This document shows positions 1 to 9,488 of a stretch of 41,371 nt of DNA, piece by piece. The stretch lies in NCBI GenBank assembly GCA_023143145.1, contig JAGLID010000067.1, forward strand, positions 1 through 41,371. The letters are read 5' to 3'. The DNA is from Minisyncoccota bacterium (lineage in GTDB: Bacteria; Patescibacteriota; Minisyncoccia; JAHIHE01; JAGLIN01). Position 1 is the stretch's first letter. Each line of letters opens with the position of its first letter. The position numbers were made by a program, and so were the translations under genes. The notes under the pieces are model-generated. The model did no database searches and was not told the DNA's origin. It saw nothing but the letters and a program-made list of their open reading frames with translations.

Positions 1-1281
1 GAGGCTTCGGGGTTTGAATTCACCGATCCAGATAGTCGATTGACTAATTCTGAGGTTATGATGTTAACTTTCATAATGGATAAAGATGGCACGTCAAGAG
101 ATATAGTAGAAGGGTTAAATCTTAAAGTAACGGTTATTCGGAAATCCGTTAAAATGCTGAAAGATTCTAACCTAATCTATATTGGCAGTGATGAACTCCT
201 AAGAGCAAATTTTGAGAAGGTCTTATCGTTATATCCGTGGCTCGGAAGCAAGGTGATTCAAGACATAATTTTACAAAAACTTGAATCTGGGGATCATCTG
301 AATTTTGCACCGTCTGTGCAGAGAATATTATGTCTTCTTAGTAGTCATCCTGAGGGTTTGCACAGTCGTGAATTCCTTAAGATTTTGGGCTTAGTATCTG
401 CTGGATTTGTTTATCCAAAAAAGATATTGACTGAATTGGATATAATTGAAGTTACAATTATAGGAGGGCAGAGAGACGGGTATCGTATTTTGCCAAAATT
501 TGAAATAAATCAGGTGAGAAGCAATGACCCAGTCTTAGAGAGAAAATCAATAGAATCTACTACAACAGAAATACAAAAAACTCCGCTAGGACCAATTATT
601 CCAGCGCTAAAAGAAGCGTTGGACGAAGTTAAAGCCCCGGTTGATACACCTGAAGGATTTAATATAAAAGATCTGACAAGTGTAGTGAATAGGATTAAAC
701 ATTTTTCAGAAATACAAGTACCGCATATTTCGAGTAAGTTTAGTACTGGTAAGGATAAACTTTTTGTTTTGTTGGATGTGATTAATAAGATAGTCAAGAT
801 TGAGGTTGCATTTGAAGGTAAAACAGTGATGACATCGTGGAAGTCAGATACTTTTATGAAAATCGATCTGGATGGTTTAGTTATTCGCAAAAAATCCATA
901 TTAACGGATGAGCAAGTAGCAGAAGCAGAACTTCCAGTTGTTCCTGTCGAGGTGAGCTTTTCAATTGATGAGAGAGATGAAGAACAGCTAGCAGAAGGAA
1001 AAAGACTGCGGGAGATAGACAGAATCAAGAAAGGAATGAACAGTTTAGATTTACCTATGCCTTATCGGATAGTTATGGAAATCCTATTGGAGGCAGAGGA
1101 ATTCCAAGTGGAAAGGAAGGCATTAATTAGTGCTGCAATAGAGAAAGGGTTAAGATATGCACAGATTAAAGCCAACTTTGGAGGTTTGGCTAACTTAAAA
1201 TATGTGCTTAAGAGAAGTGGTACTTCTCCTACTGCTATGTATTTAAATGTTGAGGTAATAATGAAAAACGTAAAATATTAA
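1..1281 (+). CDS. Hypothetical protein with several winged-helix-like segments, 5'-truncated by the window edge
   Basis: Frame is open from base 1 (EASGFEFTDPDSRLTNSE...) to TAA at 1279-1281; three helix-turn-helix/wing-like segments; followed by a terminator hairpin. Confidence 0.6.
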   Translation, partial: EASGFEFTDPDSRLTNSEVMMLTFIMDKDGTSRDIVEGLNLKVTVIRKSVKMLKDSNLIYIGSDELLRANFEKVLSLYPWLGSKVIQDIILQKLESGDHLNFAPSVQRILCLLSSHPEGLHSREFLKILGLVSAGFVYPKKILTELDIIEVTIIGGQRDGYRILPKFEINQVRSNDPVLERKSIESTTTEIQKTPLGPIIPALKEALDEVKAPVDTPEGFNIKDLTSVVNRIKHFSEIQVPHISSKFSTGKDKLFVLLDVINKIVKIEVAFEGKTVMTSWKSDTFMKIDLDGLVIRKKSILTDEQVAEAELPVVPVEVSFSIDERDEEQLAEGKRLREIDRIKKGMNSLDLPMPYRIVMEILLEAEEFQVERKALISAAIEKGLRYAQIKANFGGLANLKYVLKRSGTSPTAMYLNVEVIMKNVKY

Positions 1282-1303
1282 GAGGTTCACTCCTCTTTTT
1301 TTT
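1280..1303 (+). terminator. Rho-independent terminator
   Basis: AAGAGG-ttcact-CCTCTT hairpin followed by a T run, directly at the stop codon. Confidence 0.7.
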
Positions 1304-1312
1304 CCGATAAAT

Positions 1313-1340
1313 TTGATTTTTAGTTATTTTCAAGTATAAT
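1313..1340 (+). promoter_or_regulatory. Sigma70-type promoter of rmuC, possibly giving a leaderless transcript
   Basis: TTGATT (1313-1318), 16 nt, TATAAT (1335-1340); ATG lies 7 nt downstream at 1348. Confidence 0.5.
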
Positions 1341-1347
1341 AGAAAGT

Positions 1348-2484
1348 ATGATAAATGAAATATTGATAAATATCGTTGCGATTGTTGCAGTTTTAACTGT
1401 CTTGTTTTTTTTGTTAAAAAAGCCGATTAATAAGTATTTGTCGAAGTTGGGAGAGGTATTGAGTGAAAAGAATTTAAAAATGATTGAAGAGAGAAACAGA
1501 GAAATTCTCAAAGAAGAAAGGGAAAGAATCGGTGAAATGAATGATGAGAAAATGAAACGAAATGAGCAGTATATGGAAGGCAAAAAAGATGCTATCAAGG
1601 AAATGGTAGACAAGATTGATTTGGAATTGAGAGAATCACAAAAGAAAATCGAAAATACTGAAAAAGAAAGAATTGGGGAGTTTTCAAAAATGAAGACGAT
1701 TCTTGAGGAGCATAAAATTATTACTGGAGAGTTGAGGAACTCAACGGATAATTTGAAAAAGATTCTTTCTAATAATCAACAAAGAGGAAAATATGGAGAA
1801 GAAGTGGCAGAAAATATTTTGAAAATGTTGGGGTTTGTAAAAGATTTAGATTATACAGTGAACCTCAGGCAAGACACCAATGCCAATCGACCAGATATTA
1901 CAATCAAGTTGCCAGACAAGACAAAAATTAATATCGATGTGAAATTTCCCTATTCAGCTTTGCAAAAACTTCAAGAAGTTGATGACGAGCTGGAAAAGAA
2001 GAAATATCTTGATCGGTTCAAAATTGATGTTAAGCAGAAAATCAAACAAGTGACGAGTCGTGATTATATTAATTCAGAGGAGCGGACGCTTGATTTTGTT
2101 ATTATGTTTGTTCCTAACGAGAGCATTTTTAGTTTTATCTGTGACAAGTTAAACGATGTTACAAGCGAAGCTCTTGAAAAAAAAGTAATTATTACTGGTC
2201 CATTCTCTTTTGCAGCAATTGCCAGAATGATAAAGCAGTCTTATAATAATTTCAAAATTCAAGAAGATCTGCATCGCGTCGTAAATCTCATTGGAAAGTT
2301 TAAGCAGGAATTTTCAAAATATAGCGATGAATTTGATAGACTGGGTGACAGGATAAATTCAATGTCTAAACAATATGATAGTTTGGCAACTACAAGAACA
2401 AGACAGTTGACCAAAGTTATTGATCAGATTAGCGAAGAGAATAAAATTGTCGGTGATGATGAGAAAAAGAAATTAACAGGGTAA
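1348..2484 (+). CDS. rmuC: DNA recombination protein RmuC
   Basis: N-terminal TM helix, coiled coil, RGKYGE, RPDITIKLP, IDVKFP, TLDFVIMFVPNE motifs of RmuC. Confidence 0.9.
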   Translation: MINEILINIVAIVAVLTVLFFLLKKPINKYLSKLGEVLSEKNLKMIEERNREILKEERERIGEMNDEKMKRNEQYMEGKKDAIKEMVDKIDLELRESQKKIENTEKERIGEFSKMKTILEEHKIITGELRNSTDNLKKILSNNQQRGKYGEEVAENILKMLGFVKDLDYTVNLRQDTNANRPDITIKLPDKTKINIDVKFPYSALQKLQEVDDELEKKKYLDRFKIDVKQKIKQVTSRDYINSEERTLDFVIMFVPNESIFSFICDKLNDVTSEALEKKVIITGPFSFAAIARMIKQSYNNFKIQEDLHRVVNLIGKFKQEFSKYSDEFDRLGDRINSMSKQYDSLATTRTRQLTKVIDQISEENKIVGDDEKKKLTG

Positions 2485-2493
2485 AAACCTTTT

Positions 2494-3036
2494 ATGAAAT
2501 ATTGGAAAACGATAAAATCAAAGATTGCCTATGACTGCAAATATTTTAAAATCATAGAAGAAGATTTTGTCGTGCCTTGTGGGAAAAAACATAAATGGCA
2601 TGTCCTTGATACAAATGATTATGTTGTTGTGATAGCAAGAGAAAATAATTATTTTTATTTAATTGAACAATACCGATATACAACACGGTCAAGATTACTA
2701 CAGGTTGTTGCAGGTGCTATTGAAAAAAATGATACTCCTTTACAATCTGCGAAGAAAGAATTAAAAGAAGAGGCAGGGATAAAGGCAAAAAAATTTAAAA
2801 AACTCGGGTGGTACTATGCTTTTTATGGATGTTCAAATCAAAAAGCATATGTTTATTTGGCAGAAGAGTTGGAAATTGGAGAACAGGCTCCAGATTATTT
2901 TGAAAAAGAATGTGGAATAAAAAGAAGAAAATTAAAAATTTCAGAAATAGAAAAAATGATAAAATTTGGAAAAATTCAAGATCACGACACGCTTTCAGCT
3001 CTTTGTTTTTTTATGTTAAAATGTAATAATAAGTAA
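2494..3036 (+). CDS. Nudix hydrolase (ADP-ribose pyrophosphatase-like)
   Basis: Nudix box GAIEKNDTPLQSAKKELKEEAG; QYRY and GKIQD motifs. Confidence 0.85.
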   Translation: MKYWKTIKSKIAYDCKYFKIIEEDFVVPCGKKHKWHVLDTNDYVVVIARENNYFYLIEQYRYTTRSRLLQVVAGAIEKNDTPLQSAKKELKEEAGIKAKKFKKLGWYYAFYGCSNQKAYVYLAEELEIGEQAPDYFEKECGIKRRKLKISEIEKMIKFGKIQDHDTLSALCFFMLKCNNK

Positions 3037-3060
3037 TAATTAATAAACTAAATTAAAAAA

Positions 3061-3390
3061 ATGGGAATTAAAAATTCATTCAGAAAAGTTGTTGCCAAAG
3101 GTGCTATGAAAGTTGCCAAAACCAAGATTGGTAAAAAGGTGATGGACAAGGCAATGAAAAAGGAACTTGAAAAAATGCCAGAAGGACAAAGGGAAATGGC
3201 TAGAAAGGCAATGGAAGCAATGCAAGATATGAGCGTTGCGGAGCAAGAGCAAATTACAGAAAAAATGAAAAAACTTTTAGGTGGAAAAGAAAATCCAAGT
3301 GCAGGAGAGATGATGGGTATTATGAGAAAGATGACTCCAGATCAAAGAAAGGAATACGAAACAATGGCCAGAAAATTAATGGGAATGTAA
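3061..3390 (+). CDS. Hypothetical helical Met/Lys-rich protein
   Basis: Clean ORF between two genes with coding-like codon use; no family recognised. Confidence 0.7.
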   Translation: MGIKNSFRKVVAKGAMKVAKTKIGKKVMDKAMKKELEKMPEGQREMARKAMEAMQDMSVAEQEQITEKMKKLLGGKENPSAGEMMGIMRKMTPDQRKEYETMARKLMGM

Positions 3391-3429
3391 GACTAGCTTA
3401 TAATTGAAGACTGATAATTTATAACTTGT

Positions 3430-3912
3430 ATGAATAAAACGAAAGACTTTGTTGTTATATGTGATGGCCTTCGGAGTTTACATAATGTAGGCTCTGTTTT
3501 TCGAACTTCAGATGGTGTGGGAATGAGCAAAATTTATCTATGTGGCATCACGGGAATGCCGGATACTCAAAAACATGAAAGGCAAATTTCAAAAGTTGCC
3601 CTTGGAGCACAGAATTATATTCCTTGGGAATATGCAAAGCAGTCTTGGAGAGTTGTTGAAAAACTGAAAAAGGAAGGATATCAAATTGTTTCGCTTGAGC
3701 AAACCGAGAACAGTATTTTGTATACAAAATTCAAACCGAAATTTCCTCTGGCTTTTGTCATTGGCAACGAAAACAAAGGAGTAAAAAAATCAGTTTTAAG
3801 CAGGTCAGACGTGGTGATTGAAATTCCAATGACTGGCACAAAAAAATCTCTCAACGTTTCTGTTGCTTTCGGAATTGCTGCTTATTGGATTAGTGGGTTT
3901 AATCGAAAATGA
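3430..3912 (+). CDS. SpoU/TrmH-family RNA 2'-O-methyltransferase (single SPOUT domain)
   Basis: HNVGSVFRTSD, VIGNENKGV, IEIPMTGTKKSLNVSVA motifs. Confidence 0.9.
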   Translation: MNKTKDFVVICDGLRSLHNVGSVFRTSDGVGMSKIYLCGITGMPDTQKHERQISKVALGAQNYIPWEYAKQSWRVVEKLKKEGYQIVSLEQTENSILYTKFKPKFPLAFVIGNENKGVKKSVLSRSDVVIEIPMTGTKKSLNVSVAFGIAAYWISGFNRK

Positions 3913-3941
3913 AATATTCTTTTATAAATTAATTTATTTTT

Positions 3942-4532
3942 ATGAAAATTAAAAATGTCGTAAATTTTATTTTTGAAATTAATCATCTTAAAAAACAAGC
4001 TCGTAGTGGTTTTCAATTCGCTGGCATCAAATATCCTGATACTGTAGCTGAACACATGTTGAGATCAGCTCAAATTGGTTATATTCTGGCCGTGATGGAA
4101 GGAAACAAGAACCCCGAAAAAATAGCTTGTATGTTGATGATTCATGATAATGCGGAGACAAGAATTGGTGATCAGCATAAAATTACTGCAAGATATATTT
4201 CCAAAAAAGAAGCTGAAGGAGAAGTTTTCGAAGATCAGATTCGTTTATTAGACGAAAAAATACAAAATAAATGGAAAATATATTTTGACGAATATGAAAG
4301 CAGGAACACTCAAGAAGGAGTTATCGCGAAAGATGCTGATTGGCTAGAGATGGCTTTTCAGGCAAAAGAATATTTTGATATGGGAATTACTGCGGCGACA
4401 GATTGGATAGATAATGTTGAAAAAGCAGTTGAAACAAAATCAGCAAAAAAGATAATGAAGGAAATGAGGGAAACACAGTTCACTGATTGGTGGAAGGATT
4501 TGAAAAAAATGACTTACGAGAAATTACAATAA
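3942..4532 (+). CDS. HD-domain phosphohydrolase (YfbR/HDDC2-like 5'-deoxynucleotidase)
   Basis: LKKQARSG, TVAEH, IHDNAETRIGD, KDADWLEMAFQA motifs. Confidence 0.85.
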   Translation: MKIKNVVNFIFEINHLKKQARSGFQFAGIKYPDTVAEHMLRSAQIGYILAVMEGNKNPEKIACMLMIHDNAETRIGDQHKITARYISKKEAEGEVFEDQIRLLDEKIQNKWKIYFDEYESRNTQEGVIAKDADWLEMAFQAKEYFDMGITAATDWIDNVEKAVETKSAKKIMKEMRETQFTDWWKDLKKMTYEKLQ

Positions 4533-4537
4533 TAGAT

Positions 4538-5251
4538 ATGAATAAAAATGATTCACAAAAAATTATCGAGAAAGTCAAAGATGATTATGACTTGATTGCC
4601 AAAGAGTGGGATTTGAGTCGGAATCGAGTTTCGGGGTTGAAAAAAACTTTAATGGTGGATATTAAAGATGGCGACAAGGTCCTTGATCTTGGTTGTGGAA
4701 ATGCTTTGATGCTTTCATCTGTTTTAGAAAAAAGCGTTTTTTATGTTGGTTTGGATATCTCAGGGAAAATGATTGAAATTGTCAAAGAAAAATATAAAAA
4801 AGAGATTGAACAAGGGAACGTAAGTTTTTTTGTCGGACAAGTCACAGAGCTTTCATTTCAAGATGAAGAATTTGATTTTGTGATGAGCTTCGCGGTCCTT
4901 CATCATATTCCGTCGAAAGAACTTCAAGGGAAATATTTTCAAGAAGTAAAAAGAATTTGTAAAAGAAATGCGAAAGTGAAGATTTCAGTTTGGAATCTTT
5001 TGAGTGAGTGGCCTAATAATCGTTTTCATATTGAAGATCAATTGGCTGGAGAAAAAAGTGGCGCGACAATCGTACCTTGGAAAGCGACCTCTGGCAAAAT
5101 TGTTGATCGATACATCTATCAATTTTCAGAAGAAGATCTTTTTTTTCTGGCAGAAAAGGCAGGTTTTAGGAATATTAAAATATATTATTCTAACCGGGGC
5201 GGGGAAAGAAAAGAAAATGCAGAAGAGCTGGTTTTGGAGATGGAGAAATAA
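4538..5251 (+). CDS. Class I SAM methyltransferase, Trm9/ALKBH8-like
   Basis: VLDLGCGN motif I, FDFVMSFAVLHH, IVPW...DRYIYQF; start moved to ATG 4538 to avoid overlap with the upstream HD gene. Confidence 0.8.
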   Translation: MNKNDSQKIIEKVKDDYDLIAKEWDLSRNRVSGLKKTLMVDIKDGDKVLDLGCGNALMLSSVLEKSVFYVGLDISGKMIEIVKEKYKKEIEQGNVSFFVGQVTELSFQDEEFDFVMSFAVLHHIPSKELQGKYFQEVKRICKRNAKVKISVWNLLSEWPNNRFHIEDQLAGEKSGATIVPWKATSGKIVDRYIYQFSEEDLFFLAEKAGFRNIKIYYSNRGGERKENAEELVLEMEK

Positions 5252-5269
5252 AAAATATAATATAAGATT

Positions 5270-6022
5270 ATGAAAGAAATTGTAAATAATTTCGAAGAAG
5301 ATATCAGGATAAACGGTCCAGTTGAGATTAGGAATGAGGCTTTGCAAAAATTTCGAGAAGTAGTTGAGGAATATTATGTAAATAATAATGTTGATGCAGA
5401 TTTGATTGAGCAGCTTGCAAAGCATAACCAACAAGTAGAAGATTTTGTAAGAGATTATTCTGGTGAAGATAAGGAAAGCTTTGATGTAAAGGAAAGAGAA
5501 ATCGCAATTTTAGCAGCAATATTCCATGATATCACAAAAGTCTCAGGAGATTTTCTGGATCATGGTAAAGATGGTGGGAGAATTGCAGAGAAAATTTTGC
5601 AAGAGAATGGTGTTAGTTTTGAATTGGCTCATAGCGTAAGTTTGGCAATTGAGAGACATATGGGAGGGGAGGAAGGGTATCCAGGAAGAATGGCAAAGAA
5701 AGAATTTGGGAAGAAGTTTAAATATCCGATTTATAAAACTCGGGTTGCGCAGATGGTTTATGAATGTGATATTCTGACTCAGCTTACTCCAGAGGGGTTT
5801 GAGAAGATTTTGCTTTTGAGGGAGAACGATGAAGAAAACAGAATAGAAGATGAAAAGGTTGCCGAGGAAAAGAGAATCACAAGAAAGGAAGCCTCTATTC
5901 TTTCGGCTCTTCAAAGCGCAAAGGAATCATTAAGTTTTATTAAAATGAAATTTATTGAAGAAGATGCGAATAAATTTTGGGATGAAATGCAAAAAAAATA
6001 TCGAGATTTGATAGAGAAATAA
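5270..6022 (+). CDS. HD-domain protein
   Basis: H...AAIFHDITK...HGKDG...AIERH...CDIL metal-ligand pattern. Confidence 0.75.
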   Translation: MKEIVNNFEEDIRINGPVEIRNEALQKFREVVEEYYVNNNVDADLIEQLAKHNQQVEDFVRDYSGEDKESFDVKEREIAILAAIFHDITKVSGDFLDHGKDGGRIAEKILQENGVSFELAHSVSLAIERHMGGEEGYPGRMAKKEFGKKFKYPIYKTRVAQMVYECDILTQLTPEGFEKILLLRENDEENRIEDEKVAEEKRITRKEASILSALQSAKESLSFIKMKFIEEDANKFWDEMQKKYRDLIEK

Positions 6023-6157
6023 AAACTAAGGATAGAAATTTGATTTCTATATATTGCTAGATGTAAATTTTTGCCAAGAACAATATTTACTGTTAAGCTA
6101 AAGAAAAATGTTATTTGACAATTGAATAGTTTATTTTTAGAAAAAGGAGGATAAATA

Positions 6158-7618
6158 ATGTTATTTATAAAAGGAAGCACGATTAATGAAGAACTTGGTC
6201 TTAACATGAGAGGAATAATGAATGAAGAATGTGCTCTTGCAGCAGCAGTTGGTGTTTATAATCCCTCATTTATAGTTCATAAATGTCTTCTCGCTATGGA
6301 AAATAGGGGAGAAGCAGGTGTTGGTATAGTGAGTAGAAATGGAGATGAATTTTTCCAGGTAAAGAAAATTGGTTCTGTAAGCACGCAGTTTAATGATTTA
6401 AGGGAAGATGATTTTGCAAGAAAACTTCCTGGAAGAATTGCAATAGGTCATAATAGATATGCGACAAAGGGAAATGAGTCTCTTGATAATATTCAGCCAT
6501 TGGTAATAGAAAAATCAAAATATGGTCCATTCGCAATTACTCATAATGGAACATTCGTAAATACAAAAGAAATAGAAGGAGAACTAATAAATAATGGCGC
6601 AATATTCCAATCGACTACTGATACAGAATTATTTGCTCATCTCATTACGCATTCAGGTGAAGCAACAATGGAAAAAGCAATTGAATATGCTTTGAAAAGA
6701 ATAGAAACAACCTATGCGTTGCTTATAATGACGCAAGATAAATTATTTGCGATCAAAGACAGATATGGGGTTCGTCCTTTGAGTATTGCAAGATTCAAGA
6801 AGGGCTATTTGATCTGCTCAGAAGATCACGTTTTTAATAGCATACCTGGCGCAGAATTAATGTATGAAATCGAGCCTGGAGAAATGGTTATATTTTCAAA
6901 AGGGAAAAAGGGAATTAAGAGAAAGCAATATTCTAAATCAGACGAGCATTTTTGTATATTTGAGGCAATATATTTTTCCAATCCTCGTTCAAGATACGAA
7001 GGACATTATCACGAGGATTTTAGAATTGAGACAGGAATACAAATTGCTATTGAGATGAGAAAAAAAGGACTAGATATTCAAGGAGATTATGTCATACCTA
7101 TTCTTGACTCAGGAAAACATGCTGCAATTGGTCTTGCTGAAGAATTGGATATTAAATATAGGGAGTTTTTTCAAAGAACACATAGTTATGGAATTCTGCA
7201 ACAGAGATCTTTTACTGCTACAACTCTTCAAGAAAGAGAAAAAATAGTAAATTTAAAATTGAATCTAAGAGGAGATAAAATTAATGACAGAGATGTTATT
7301 ATCTTAGACGATTCAATTGTAAGATCCACAACGATGAAAATTTTAGTTAGAAAATTGAAAGAAGCGGGAGCGAAAAAGGTTACCGTTTGTATCGCCTCTC
7401 CTCCTATAATCAATATTTGTCCAAGTGGTATGGATTTTCAGGATACAAAGCAGTTGATTGCATATGAAAAAACAATCAAAGGAATAAGAAAAATAATTGG
7501 AGCTGACGAACTGGTATATCTTAGTCTGGATGGACTAAACCAAGTTATAGAAAGAACTTATAATTGCGGAATTTGCTCAGGATGTTTTGGAGGAAAATAT
7601 CCAATAGAGCCACAATAA
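6158..7618 (+). CDS. purF: Amidophosphoribosyltransferase, Fe-S/propeptide (Bacillus) type, divergent
   Basis: NEE|C N-terminal nucleophile, GHNRYAT, HNG, CIFEAIYF, LDDSIVRSTT PRPP motif, C-terminal CSGCFGGKYP; SD AAAGGAGG at 6143-6150. Confidence 0.88.
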   Translation: MLFIKGSTINEELGLNMRGIMNEECALAAAVGVYNPSFIVHKCLLAMENRGEAGVGIVSRNGDEFFQVKKIGSVSTQFNDLREDDFARKLPGRIAIGHNRYATKGNESLDNIQPLVIEKSKYGPFAITHNGTFVNTKEIEGELINNGAIFQSTTDTELFAHLITHSGEATMEKAIEYALKRIETTYALLIMTQDKLFAIKDRYGVRPLSIARFKKGYLICSEDHVFNSIPGAELMYEIEPGEMVIFSKGKKGIKRKQYSKSDEHFCIFEAIYFSNPRSRYEGHYHEDFRIETGIQIAIEMRKKGLDIQGDYVIPILDSGKHAAIGLAEELDIKYREFFQRTHSYGILQQRSFTATTLQEREKIVNLKLNLRGDKINDRDVIILDDSIVRSTTMKILVRKLKEAGAKKVTVCIASPPIINICPSGMDFQDTKQLIAYEKTIKGIRKIIGADELVYLSLDGLNQVIERTYNCGICSGCFGGKYPIEPQ

Positions 7619-7633
7619 ATTTATATAATATAT

Positions 7634-7667
7634 GCTCTTGATAAATTTTATCAAAGAGCTTTTTTTT
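7634..7667. terminator. Terminator between convergent purF and elp3
   Basis: GCTCTTGATAAA / TTTATCAAAGAGC imperfect stem followed by 8 T. Confidence 0.7.
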
Positions 7668-7688
7668 GAAATTTAAATGTTTGTCTAT

Positions 7689-9341
7689 TTATAATTTTAA
7701 GTGTTTTGTCATATATTCATCCTCAAGTTTATATCCTAATTTTCGATAATAGCCACGTACGCCAACACCGCTGATGACGGCGATTTTTTTTAGGCTAAAT
7801 TCTTTATGGGTTATTTTTTCTGCTTCTTGAATTAATCTTTTACCGAGGCCAGTGTGTTGGGTATGTTTTTCGCCGATTGACTTGATAGGGGCTAAAGTTC
7901 CATAAGTGTGAATTTCACGGATAATACTGGCATTTTGGAGGGCGGGGATGATTGAATTTTTGCATTCTGAAGAGTGAACTCCAGTTCTGTTAATCCTTAA
8001 CCTTAATAAAGAACAGAGATGCTGTCTTTTTTTATCTTCAAAACTCAGAAAGATTTCTTTGCCGTTCGATGCTTCGTAGTCTTGTCGAAATAGTTGTAAA
8101 TTATTATTACTTGAGTTTTCAATCCCCCAATCTTTCTTATCAGGGAGGAAGATTCGATTTCTAATCTCACGACATCTGATACATTTGCATTTCCAATTTT
8201 CTTCTTTAGATTTTTTTTCAAGAGTTTGTCTGAGATTGGAAATTTTGTTTCCAGCTACAATGCTAGTTGAAGGGATGTCGCGAATTAGGCGAGTGATGCG
8301 AACATAATAGGGAATATCTTTTTTGATTTCACAAAGTAGCTGAATCAGTTTTTTATCAGAATATGGTTTATATTTTCCACTTTTCCACCACTTGAAAATT
8401 TTTGCATCTTTGACAACAACACACGGATAAATTTTAAGCATATCAGGTTGATAGTTCAAATTGGAAAAAAGTTCCTGAAACATTTTCAAATCTCGTTTAT
8501 AATTTGACCCTGGAAGATTTGGCATCATATGATAGTTGATTTTGAAACCCGCTTCTTTCAGTAATCTTGTTGCCGTGATAACCTCTTTACTGCTATGTCC
8601 TCGAGCATTCAGTTTGAATACATCATCGTAAATTGTTTGTACTCCAATCTCAACTCTTGTGGCTCCCAGTTTTCTCATGCGTAATATTTCTTTCTCATCA
8701 ATATAATCAGGACGAGTTTCCAGTGTGAGCCCAACAATTCTGTGATCTGAGGTTTCATTTTCTTTTTGTAGACTTTCAAGTGATAAATTTTTTGATTTAT
8801 TTTTTTTGTTAAACTCATTACAGACCTTGAAACATTCCTTGATAAACCAGTTTTGATAGTTTTTCGGTAAATAGGAAAAAGTTCCTCCCATCACAATCAA
8901 TTCAATTTTATCTGTTTTATGGCCGGTCGCCATCAGAGATTTAATTCTCGCTTCCACTTGTTTGCGGGGATGAAAATCAGTAAGCACAGCGCGCATTACA
9001 GCTGGTTCGTTGGAAAGATAACTTTTAGGCATATTTTTTTCACTTGGACAAAATTTACATTTCCCAGGACATGGATATGGTTTGGTTAAAACTGCAATTA
9101 CAGCAACGCCTGATGAGGTACGAATATTTTTGGTCATTAAAACATTTTCAATTTCTTTTAGCGAATCATCTTTTGTCATTTTTCGATAAAATTGAAGTAG
9201 CTCGATATTCGTTGGACATGGCATTTTGAATTCTTTTGAGGCCCTTCTTTTGAGCTTGGAAAGATATTCCGAAGAAAGCTGTCTTTTTCTGACAGAAACT
9301 TTTTTAATTAGTTCGTTGATAATATATTGGTTGATGTTCAT
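7689..9341 (-). CDS. elp3: Elp3-family radical SAM/GNAT tRNA U34 carboxymethyltransferase
   Basis: SSGVAVIAV, CPGKCKFCP, PKSY, KIELIVMGGTF, ETRPD, LKIYP, RLIRDIP, CIRCRE, REIHTYG, QHTGLG, ISGVGVRGYYRKLGY. Confidence 0.93.
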   Translation of the reverse strand: MNINQYIINELIKKVSVRKRQLSSEYLSKLKRRASKEFKMPCPTNIELLQFYRKMTKDDSLKEIENVLMTKNIRTSSGVAVIAVLTKPYPCPGKCKFCPSEKNMPKSYLSNEPAVMRAVLTDFHPRKQVEARIKSLMATGHKTDKIELIVMGGTFSYLPKNYQNWFIKECFKVCNEFNKKNKSKNLSLESLQKENETSDHRIVGLTLETRPDYIDEKEILRMRKLGATRVEIGVQTIYDDVFKLNARGHSSKEVITATRLLKEAGFKINYHMMPNLPGSNYKRDLKMFQELFSNLNYQPDMLKIYPCVVVKDAKIFKWWKSGKYKPYSDKKLIQLLCEIKKDIPYYVRITRLIRDIPSTSIVAGNKISNLRQTLEKKSKEENWKCKCIRCREIRNRIFLPDKKDWGIENSSNNNLQLFRQDYEASNGKEIFLSFEDKKRQHLCSLLRLRINRTGVHSSECKNSIIPALQNASIIREIHTYGTLAPIKSIGEKHTQHTGLGKRLIQEAEKITHKEFSLKKIAVISGVGVRGYYRKLGYKLEDEYMTKHLKL

Positions 9342-9488
9342 TGTATTTCAATGTGTTTAGCTTATTAATTATAATGTGATAAAGTGATTTTATCAAGCTG
9401 AATTATCATTAGTTTGGAAGAGTATATAATGTCCTGTATAATAATAGTAGCATAAAACAGATATATTAATTATTAGATTCTATAAATT

